DNA from: an uncultured virus (IMG/VR IMGVR_UViG_3300025610_000020)
Taxonomy: Duplodnaviria; Heunggongvirae; Uroviricota; Caudoviricetes
Direction: 5' to 3' (one strand)
DNA: 20,000 bases
IMG/VR virus record: IMGVR_UViG_3300025610_000020
The position numbers and the translations under genes are program-made. This document shows positions 1 through 6,830 of this stretch, one piece after another. Numbering within the stretch: the first letter of the stretch is position 1; each line of letters begins with the position of its first letter. The notes beneath the pieces were generated by a model. It did no database searches and was not told where the DNA came from. It saw only the letters and a list, made by a program, of their open reading frames with translations.

Positions 1-1547
1 AGTTCAAGTTGCTTTGGAGATGAATAGAAAACATAGTTACGATATGAATAGGCCATCCTCCAGATGTTACGCATACAATTTTCAAATTGACTGGTTTTGG
101 TGCGATTGCTGATGAAGTTCATCAGACAAAAATCTGGAGAGACTTGGACTAGTCCATTTTTGTACTCATAATGTTTTTTTGGATAAACTGGTTTATCATT
201 CTCATCATAAGTTATACGTTTCCAGTTATTAGTAAATGCATATACCTCAAAAGGAATATTTGTTTTTTTGCAGAACCAGATCAAATTGAACAACTGTTTT
301 ACAGTATCCAACATAATATCAGCCATTGATCCAGACCAATCTAGAACAAAGACGAGACCATGATTCTTACCATCTGCAAGAGTGGTTACTTTTTTAAATA
401 AATCTTCATTGTATTTGTAGGTATGAAGTTTGGTACAGTCAAGAACACCAGTTTTGGACACTGTTGCACGGGAATATGATTCAGCAGATTTTTTACACTC
501 AAACTCCTTTACAAGATAGTTTACCTCTTTTTGAGCAGACTTTTTATAAGACATATACGCTTTGTCTGCAGATGCAAAAATATTTTTATTTACCCGAGAA
601 TATGTTTTATCCACATCATCAGAAATTTTCTGCTGTTCAGCATATGACTCATTTGCATATTTGTGAATTTCAGTATAGTCAACAACGACTGTTTCGAGAT
701 TAACTTGTGGAAGCTCAATATAAACATTCTCGAAAGAATTTTTGTTGATTAGATCTTTGAGGTTTTCCTCAAAAGAACTTTCAGTATGAACTTTTGGTTC
801 CTCAGAATCAGATTGTTGACCTTCATAACTGGGAGTATCAAGATCAGCATCATCATTCACTTTTTCATCGGACTCACCAGTATCATCAGACTCTTCACCA
901 TTATCAGAATCATTTTCAACAAAATCTTGAGGTTCAGAACCCGAATTTGATTGACCATCGGTATTATTGATGTTATCAACTTTTTTCTTAGTATCCTGAT
1001 GTTCTTTACAGTATTTGTAAAGTACTTCTGCGGCTAAAAGTGCATCCGCAAAGGTTTCTGAGTCGGCAACCATATTGACAATATCCATCTCTTCACCACG
1101 TTCAATGGGAATATCAACGTAATTACCAATCTTGAACCACAGATTCAACCTATCAGCAAGATTGAATTCGGAGATGTCCTCATCTTCAAGAGAAAAGAAA
1201 TCATTATCAGATAGTTCACTATATCCCCTAAAGAAAGTCTTGGACAATCCAGGATATTTACGTTTCATCAGTTTTTCAATACGTGCATCCTCAACAACAT
1301 TGACAAACTGAGGAGGAATTTTATGGTTTTTTGACCAGTCTTCATCTGGAGTGAACAGTGCATGGCCAACTTCATGACCCACAAGAAGATCATAAACAAC
1401 ATTACTCGCTTTCTCCCACATAGGAAGAGTCAGAACGCGAGTATGAACATTGAAACAAGCGGTTTCAACATTCTTATGCTCCACGATCAAGTCTTCCGTG
1501 GCAAGCAGTTTTGCAAGTTGGGACTTGATTTCGTGTAGGACTGCCAT
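1..1547 (-). CDS. HExxH metallopeptidase-like / vWA (CobT-like) protein, conserved in T4-like cyanophages; 3' end truncated by the window edge
   Basis: Not in the ORF track; translated by hand from ATG at 1547: MAVLHEIKSQLAKLLATEDLIVEHKNVETACFNVHTRVLTLPMWEKASNVVYDLLVGHEVGHALFTP (HEVGH zinc motif). An acidic linker lies at ~780-960. The same frame gives GKNHGLVFVLDWSGSM (MIDAS DxSxS) at ~325-372 and is still open at position 1. Confidence 0.85.
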   Translation of the reverse strand, partial: MAVLHEIKSQLAKLLATEDLIVEHKNVETACFNVHTRVLTLPMWEKASNVVYDLLVGHEVGHALFTPDEDWSKNHKIPPQFVNVVEDARIEKLMKRKYPGLSKTFFRGYSELSDNDFFSLEDEDISEFNLADRLNLWFKIGNYVDIPIERGEEMDIVNMVADSETFADALLAAEVLYKYCKEHQDTKKKVDNINNTDGQSNSGSEPQDFVENDSDNGEESDDTGESDEKVNDDADLDTPSYEGQQSDSEEPKVHTESSFEENLKDLINKNSFENVYIELPQVNLETVVVDYTEIHKYANESYAEQQKISDDVDKTYSRVNKNIFASADKAYMSYKKSAQKEVNYLVKEFECKKSAESYSRATVSKTGVLDCTKLHTYKYNEDLFKKVTTLADGKNHGLVFVLDWSGSMADIMLDTVKQLFNLIWFCKKTNIPFEVYAFTNNWKRITYDENDKPVYPKKHYEYKNGLVQVSPDFCLMNFISNRTKTSQFENCMRNIWRMAYSYRNYVFYSSPKQLE

Positions 1548-1568
1548 AGGTCTGTTGCGTATGGGCCT

Positions 1569-1622
1569 ATTATACAAAAAAAGAGGGTCTTGCGACCCCC
1601 TAGTGGACAGTTTGAAAATTGG
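1569..1622 (-). promoter_or_regulatory. Putative early promoter of the peptidase/vWA gene
   Basis: Perfect -10 TATAAT (plus 1569-1574), 21 nt upstream of the ATG. No good -35, because that position falls in a hairpin. Upstream motif CCAATTTTCAAACTGTCCACT (1602-1622). Confidence 0.55.
1576..1600 (-). terminator. Rho-independent terminator
   Basis: Minus strand GGGGGTC-GCAA-GACCCTC followed by T7; GNRA tetraloop; just downstream of the stop at 1625. Confidence 0.85.
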
Positions 1623-1624
1623 CC

Positions 1625-1939
1625 TCAGTCTCTCTGCCGCCAATCATCTGGTTTGTCTTGTTTGAACCAATCAACGATTTCATCAGCACTATCAAATCCC
1701 GTTTTATAATTGGATGGGTCGGGATCTCCTAGCCCCATCCTATTCATAAAATCATCAATACTACCTTCTTCAATATCTCCAGCAGATTGTCTTCTTGCTT
1801 TTTTTAACATCTCTCGGGCAGATGTATTTGCCTTTGACAATTTCTCTGCCCATATCATATCTTCAAGTTTTACTTCTTCCCCATTCACAATACACTTGCA
1901 AATGAATTCGAGTCTCAATCGATATTGCGTAGACAGCAT
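1625..1939 (-). CDS. Conserved cyanophage hypothetical protein (104 aa)
   Basis: Likely start is MLSTQYRLRLEFICKCI at 1939, with GAGG SD-like sequence upstream, rather than 1957. Ends PDDWRQRD. Recalled as a cyanomyovirus gene found downstream of gp46. Confidence 0.75.
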   Translation of the reverse strand: MLSTQYRLRLEFICKCIVNGEEVKLEDMIWAEKLSKANTSAREMLKKARRQSAGDIEEGSIDDFMNRMGLGDPDPSNYKTGFDSADEIVDWFKQDKPDDWRQRD

Positions 1940-1960
1940 ATATATCCTCACTATCACTAG

Positions 1961-1968
1961 TATTTAGA
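1961..1968 (-). promoter_or_regulatory. Putative gp55-dependent late promoter (TCTAAATA)
   Basis: One mismatch to TATAAATA; overlaps the gp46 stop codon; about 20 nt upstream of the ATG at 1939. Confidence 0.5.
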
Positions 1969-3673
1969 CTATTCTACTGAATCCTTTTACTTTGTCAAAT
2001 TTGATGACATTTTCAAACTTATCATATAAACCATCTTTATGTGAAATTACAAAAACATTTGCATCTTTAATTACATATCGAATGATTTTCAAAAACTCTT
2101 CCGTACCAAAACCATCCAGAGAACTATCAAATACTTCATCCATAATGAGAAGATTTGTATTTACTGAATTTTTGGCCCTTGCTATTTCTCTCCAGGTAAA
2201 CAAAAGAGCCAAATCAATTCTCATTTTCTCACCCTCAGAAAAAGATTCATAAGAAAACTTTTCATGAATTGGTGATTGAACAGATTCGTTAAATTCTTCA
2301 TCAAGTTTAAAGTTGATGTAGAAATCCATCATCCTCAAATAGCGGTTTACTTGTTGATTGATGAGAGGCAAATACTTTTTAATAATCTGCCTCTTTACAC
2401 CACCATCTTTGAGAAGAGAAAACGCAAAGTCATAGTAACTTAACGACTCTTTGTGATCTGAGAGATCAGCATAAATTTTATCTAACTGATTTTGAAAGGA
2501 GACTAACTTGTCATGCTCAGTATTTCGGTTTTCAAGTTGATTGGCAATTGTTTGAATTTCAGATTCAAGTTGTTGTACCTGTCTCTGGAATCCAGATATA
2601 GTCGAATTGTTTTTAGAAATCTCATGATTGAGATTAACGATCTCCTTACTAATTGTTTTAAATTGCTGCTCTCGTAATTCTTCTTCTTTAATTGCTTGCT
2701 CTAGTTCTTTATAACCAGATTGCAACTCTTTTGCTTTAGATTGAGCAGCTTCAACTCTATTTAACCGAAACTCTTCTTCTATATCCTGTTCACATGTTGG
2801 GCAAACCGTATGCTCAGTAAAAAACTTGTGCTCTTTTGTGATGGTTGTAACTTTTTGAGAAATTTTTCCTTTTAAGTTTCCAAGTTTACGAAGTTTTTCT
2901 GATGCACTTTCAAGGCCAACAATCGTTGTTTGTAATTCATTCGTTTCTTCTAGAAGGTCCAGATTTTTTTCAGTGTAATTACCAACCTCATTCATAATAT
3001 TGGCAATGTTTTCTTTCTTGGCATTTATGTTGGCATTGCCACGATTTTCTAGTTCTTCTATAAACTCTTCTTGCATCTTGATTTTATCAATGATGCCTTC
3101 CTTCTTAACTTCAAGAATTTTTGTTTTTTCTCTAAAAATTTTAATCTTTTCTTTGATAAGGGAATTCATTGCCGAAAAGATCTTAATGTCAAGAAGATCT
3201 TCAATAACTTCCCTTCTATTACTACTTGAAAGTTGCATGAAGGGAACAAATGTCGATGATCCCAGAATTACAACCTGAGTGAATGATTTGTGATTCAGTT
3301 TGAGAATATTATCTTCTAGAATTCTTTGATTCGCTCTATCATCAGCTTCTTTATGGAGTTTATTTCCATTGACTTCAATATCAAAAACATTTGGTTTCAT
3401 TCCCCTACGAACGAAATAGTTTTTGTTACCAACCTTAAATTCAACTTCAACTAAACAGTTCTTTTCATTAACCGTATTGACAAGTTGTGGTTTATTAATT
3501 TTACGAAAAGGTTTATTAAATAATGCAAATGTTAGTGCATCCAGAAGTGTTGACTTTCCAGATCCATTTGATCCAATAATAATTGTATTATTAGATTCCG
3601 TAAAATTTATTTCGGTCCACTGATCACCAGTCGAAAGAAAGTTGCGCCACCTAATTTTCTTGAAGATTATCAT
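1964..3673 (-). CDS. gp46: Recombination endonuclease subunit gp46 (Rad50/SbcC-like ATPase)
   Basis: Walker A GSNGSGKS, coiled coils, zinc hook CPTC, signature FSEGE, Walker B LLIMDE, D-loop SSLD, H-loop ISH; downstream of gp47. Confidence 0.97.
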   Translation of the reverse strand: MIIFKKIRWRNFLSTGDQWTEINFTESNNTIIIGSNGSGKSTLLDALTFALFNKPFRKINKPQLVNTVNEKNCLVEVEFKVGNKNYFVRRGMKPNVFDIEVNGNKLHKEADDRANQRILEDNILKLNHKSFTQVVILGSSTFVPFMQLSSSNRREVIEDLLDIKIFSAMNSLIKEKIKIFREKTKILEVKKEGIIDKIKMQEEFIEELENRGNANINAKKENIANIMNEVGNYTEKNLDLLEETNELQTTIVGLESASEKLRKLGNLKGKISQKVTTITKEHKFFTEHTVCPTCEQDIEEEFRLNRVEAAQSKAKELQSGYKELEQAIKEEELREQQFKTISKEIVNLNHEISKNNSTISGFQRQVQQLESEIQTIANQLENRNTEHDKLVSFQNQLDKIYADLSDHKESLSYYDFAFSLLKDGGVKRQIIKKYLPLINQQVNRYLRMMDFYINFKLDEEFNESVQSPIHEKFSYESFSEGEKMRIDLALLFTWREIARAKNSVNTNLLIMDEVFDSSLDGFGTEEFLKIIRYVIKDANVFVISHKDGLYDKFENVIKFDKVKGFSRIV

Positions 3674-4139
3674 GAATGTAAGAAATCATATTACGAAGGA
3701 TTTGTGGATCTTCTCGCAGAAGTCCAAGAGAAGTATTACAAGCGCGACAAAGTAAAGATCTAACTTTGCCTGTTGTGTGATCGTGATCTACTTGAGGTGG
3801 AGACATCTCATAGCCACAGATTTTACACTTATTGTTCTGTTCCACCACCATAGCAGAAAACTCTTCGGTTGTCAAACCATATTTGGTTTTTAGTTTCCAC
3901 GATTTACGATATTCATAATTATTACAAGAGTTTTTTGATGCTCTCGCCCGCTTTTCCTCTGGAGAAAGTTTGTGATACTTCTTCAAAGATTTTTTGCTGT
4001 AGCATTCTTTACAGGAAGTTTTGTAGATGGTAGTGTTTCTCATGTATCCATCTTTTCCCATAGTTCCAGCTTTCTGGGCGATAGAATATTCGCTCACAGA
4101 TTTTTCAACTTTACAGGTCTTACAGATCTTAGTATCCAT
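3651..4139 (-). mobile_element. Free-standing Endonuclease VII-family (His-Me finger, F-CphI-like) putative homing endonuclease, 162 aa
   Basis: C-terminal KYGLT..EQNNKCKICG..VDHDHTTGKVRSLLCRACNTSLG matches the EndoVII motif. N-terminal CKTC...CKEC Zn finger. Interrupts the gp47-hypothetical-gp46 cluster and overlaps the gp46 start by 23 nt. Confidence 0.88.
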
Positions 4140-4142
4140 TAG

Positions 4143-4181
4143 CGTTGGAAGAACTATAACTATTTATAATTTTTTCCAACG
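4143..4181 (-). promoter_or_regulatory. Hairpin enclosing a perfect T4-type late promoter TATAAATA (4161-4168) upstream of the endonuclease
   Basis: Minus strand CGTTGGAA-AA-AATTATAA-ATAG-TTATAGTT-C-TTCCAACG. The outer 8-bp inverted repeat is perfect (4143-4150 / 4174-4181), and the inner stem is 8 bp with one G-U. The hairpin ends 3 nt before the ATG at 4139. Confidence 0.8.
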
Positions 4182-4202
4182 AATATTTTTAAAAAGAATC
4201 AT
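4164..4202 (-). pseudogene. Truncated 5' remnant of gene 46 (MILFKNIRWKKL*)
   Basis: ATG ATT CTT TTT AAA AAT ATT CGT TGG AAA AAA TTA TAA. 7 of the first 9 aa are identical to the gp46 N-terminus MIIFKKIRW. Starts 1 nt after the upstream gene's stop. Confidence 0.85.
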
Positions 4203-4203
4203 A

Positions 4204-4464
4204 TCAAATTACTGGGGGGACAACAAAATCATTTTTGGTAATAATAGCATAGTTCACTCCTTTGACAATACATGTTTTGATTGCAAGGTCTGGATCAATT
4301 TCTACAGCCTCAATCTCATCATAGTTGTTTTGAGTTTCTAACATCATAACATATCTTTCGGCATCATCCTCTTCTTCAAAGAGAAATAAAACTTTTTCCC
4401 GTTTTTTGTTGAAAACGGCATATGCACCTTCTTTAGTTTCTGATTTATGCACCAGCATGTACAT
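4204..4464 (-). CDS. Conserved hypothetical protein, resembling cyanobacterial DUF3110
   Basis: VLFLFEEEDDAERYVMMLE motif and C-terminal VVPP; abuts the gp47 stop; recalled as the usual gene between gp47 and gp46 in cyanomyoviruses. Confidence 0.7.
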   Translation of the reverse strand: MYMLVHKSETKEGAYAVFNKKREKVLFLFEEEDDAERYVMMLETQNNYDEIEAVEIDPDLAIKTCIVKGVNYAIITKNDFVVPPVI

Positions 4465-5514
4465 TTACTCAACCTCGCAAGCAGATGTGTATACTTTTTC
4501 TAGAATTGATTTTAATTTAGAAGTGTTTAAAGAACATTCAGATTCATCAACATATCTATTCAATATCGAAAGTGTGTTTTCAGATTCTTCGGTTTCAAAT
4601 TCTTCGGATTGGTAAAATCCATTGAAATCAAAGTTTTCAACAATTTTTAAATCATTCACACCAGCAGAGTATAATTTATCAATAAATTGATCAAACTGTT
4701 TTACATTTGACTTCTTGTTGACAATAACCTTTACAATTTTGTCTTTGTAAATATCAGTTTTAAATGTTTGGTGGGCTGTGTCTGAATATGGAACAACATA
4801 GAACAGTCGATGTGGATTATTAACTGGAGTGTGCTCTAGAGTTTCGGTATCAAAGATATGAAATCCTCTTGTTTCTTCAACATCATGCCAATAAATTTCA
4901 TATGGATTTCCAAGATAGTAAACATTATCTTGGAAGTTTCTATGATGATAATGTCCAGAAAAAACTTTTTCAAACTTTTTATAATCTGATTTATCTTCAC
5001 CATGCTCACAGATATAGGTTTTATTAGCATAAAACCCTCTCATTTCTAAATGTCCAAAAGCCACTTTTGCTTCGGTCCTGGAAATGAGATTAATTGTCTC
5101 TTGACGATTTTCATCGTTGATCCATGGAATAAAAAATGTTTTTAGATTTTCAAATTTAACTTCGGTAGGACTTCCATAAACAATAACGTTATCATACTCT
5201 CGCAATAGTAGATCAACAGAGTTAATGTTATTAGTGTCCTTGTAATACGCGGTATGATTTCCGACAATTGTATGCACAGTGACACCCATAGACTGGAGAC
5301 GATCATAGTAGTTCTTTTTAGCCCAATCAAGAGACCAAAAATCAATCCCCTTACGAGTGTCGAAAGTGTCTCCCATATCAACAACAGTTGTGATACCTTC
5401 TCTTTCGAGGGTTGGGAAGAAGATGTCGTCGTAGAATTTTTTGAAGTAGTCATGAAGATTCTTGTTTCCCTTTCTAGCTCCAAAATGCTGATCGGTAATG
5501 ATTGCGACTTTCAA
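4465..5514 (-). CDS. gp47: Recombination endonuclease subunit gp47 (Mre11/SbcD-like nuclease)
   Basis: Metallophosphoesterase motifs TDQHFG, GDTFD, VGNH, FGHLE, SGHYH; TTG start overlapping the upstream TGA. Confidence 0.96.
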   Translation of the reverse strand: MKVAIITDQHFGARKGNKNLHDYFKKFYDDIFFPTLEREGITTVVDMGDTFDTRKGIDFWSLDWAKKNYYDRLQSMGVTVHTIVGNHTAYYKDTNNINSVDLLLREYDNVIVYGSPTEVKFENLKTFFIPWINDENRQETINLISRTEAKVAFGHLEMRGFYANKTYICEHGEDKSDYKKFEKVFSGHYHHRNFQDNVYYLGNPYEIYWHDVEETRGFHIFDTETLEHTPVNNPHRLFYVVPYSDTAHQTFKTDIYKDKIVKVIVNKKSNVKQFDQFIDKLYSAGVNDLKIVENFDFNGFYQSEEFETEESENTLSILNRYVDESECSLNTSKLKSILEKVYTSACEVE

Positions 5515-5771
5515 AGTTTCCCTCCAACAACTCCACTATTAACAACTCTTGTATACAAATGTAAGGTTCCTTCTTGTTCACACTTGAGATGCCATCGTGT
5601 GATATCAGTGACTTCTTTTTCTGTTAAGGCAAAGAGAAAATCTTTTCCAGTATCTTTACGAACACTCTTCCACATAAAACGAGTTTGTTCTACTCGAAAG
5701 GAATCATCAATCCATTCGTAGTTCTCTTCTTCGCGGAGGCGAGCTTCATCCAGCATTTCTTCGTGGGTCAT
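5511..5771 (-). CDS. Hypothetical protein (86 aa)
   Basis: 4-nt overlaps with gp55 (ATGA) and gp47 (TTGA) suggest translational coupling; ends SGVVGGKL. Confidence 0.75.
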   Translation of the reverse strand: MTHEEMLDEARLREEENYEWIDDSFRVEQTRFMWKSVRKDTGKDFLFALTEKEVTDITRWHLKCEQEGTLHLYTRVVNSGVVGGKL

Positions 5772-6274
5772 CGGTTCATTTTTGTCTGAATGTTTTCTTT
5801 GATCGTATTATAGTCTGAACTGGTGCGAGAAAGCAAGCTATCGTCAACAGCCATAACTTCTGCAAATCCAGACTTCTCAATAATACGATTTTTGATCTCA
5901 AGTTGCTTCTTTTCTTTACCAATTCTTCTCAAGAAAGCAAAGTAGATAATCTGAGTAAAATATGCAAATGGATTAGAACTTTTCTCTGGATCAAAGTTTG
6001 TAACATATTCAATACAATTTTCAAGCCCGTCCGAAATCATGTCTTCTTTGAACATATAGTTGACAAAATTTGGTTTGTGGGATAAATGATCACCAATCTT
6101 TTTAAAACAGGTGCCAAGATATTCGTGAGTTTTCCTAAACTCTCTTGATTCTCTCAATAAATCTGACTTTGTTTTTCCTTCTTTTTCAGCTTGCTTAAGG
6201 AATTTTTTGTATTTGTTGATCTCCGCAAGGAACTCTTTATTGTTAACATAATGTTCTGGTTTCTTTTTAGTCAT
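5768..6274 (-). CDS. gp55: Late transcription sigma factor gp55
   Basis: HYVNNKEFL, KPNFVNYMFKEDMISDGLENC, NFDPEKSSNPFAYFTQIIYFAFLRRI motifs; usual position between uvsW and gp47. Confidence 0.96.
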   Translation of the reverse strand: MTKKKPEHYVNNKEFLAEINKYKKFLKQAEKEGKTKSDLLRESREFRKTHEYLGTCFKKIGDHLSHKPNFVNYMFKEDMISDGLENCIEYVTNFDPEKSSNPFAYFTQIIYFAFLRRIGKEKKQLEIKNRIIEKSGFAEVMAVDDSLLSRTSSDYNTIKENIQTKMNR

Positions 6275-6298
6275 TATTTTATTTTATCTGTTGATAAC

Positions 6299-6327
6299 AT
6301 TATATCATACAAAACAAAGCTTGACAA
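6299..6327 (-). promoter_or_regulatory. Sigma70-type promoter for the gp55-gp47-gp46 operon
   Basis: Minus strand TTGTCA, 17-nt spacer, TATAAT with an extended -10 TGn. Confidence 0.8.
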
Positions 6328-6349
6328 GGTATCCAAAATCAAGTAGACT
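6321..6349 (+). promoter_or_regulatory. Sigma70-type promoter pointing antisense into the uvsW operon
   Basis: Plus strand TTGACA (6321-6326), 17-nt spacer, TAGACT (6344-6349). Confidence 0.55.
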
Positions 6350-6374
6350 CTGGCTTGTCCAGGATGAAAAGAAA

Positions 6375-6830
6375 TTATAGCTCTTTATGATTATCTTTAA
6401 TATCTATTTTAAAAAGTTTCTCTAGATTCTTTTTTGTTTCTGATACAGATCCTAGGAAACCCATATTTTTAGTTACATCTCTTTGATTTTTAGAATCATT
6501 ATCTTCATCATCATAGTCATTCAAATATTCATGTTTTGAGTCATTGAAGTTTTTATATAATTCTATCAATTCAATATCATCAATTTCACTCATGGTGATT
6601 ACATTTGACAATCTTATAAAAAAGATATCATCATTACATAATTTCATCCAAGGCTCAATTTTTAATTCAGTATAACTTCCTTGGACATTGTATTTTAAAA
6701 TGACTGGATCTTGTAGAATAATAATAGGATCTTCTTGATCACTATCATCAACCATGATTAAAGAAACAATTTCTTCACCAGAAACTAGTTTCAATGTGCA
6801 ATAAAATTCTTGTTCTAAGTCTGAATTCAT
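6375..6830 (-). CDS. Conserved hypothetical protein downstream of uvsW (possibly Sm-like fold)
   Basis: EFYCTLKLVSGEEIVSL and EPWMK, C-terminal MGFLGSV..LEKLF; recalled as a cyanomyovirus core gene at this position; 1-nt overlap with the uvsW stop. Confidence 0.75.
   Translation of the reverse strand: MNSDLEQEFYCTLKLVSGEEIVSLIMVDDSDQEDPIIILQDPVILKYNVQGSYTELKIEPWMKLCNDDIFFIRLSNVITMSEIDDIELIELYKNFNDSKHEYLNDYDDEDNDSKNQRDVTKNMGFLGSVSETKKNLEKLFKIDIKDNHKEL

Noticed and set aside
3651..4202. Group I intron, intein or gene-60-style translational bypass joining the gp46 stub to the rest of gp46
   Set aside because: The endonuclease ORF and a hairpin of about 40 nt fill the whole insert, leaving no room for a ribozyme core. 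The stub ends in a stop, and the downstream gp46 has its own complete N-terminus, so no joining is needed.
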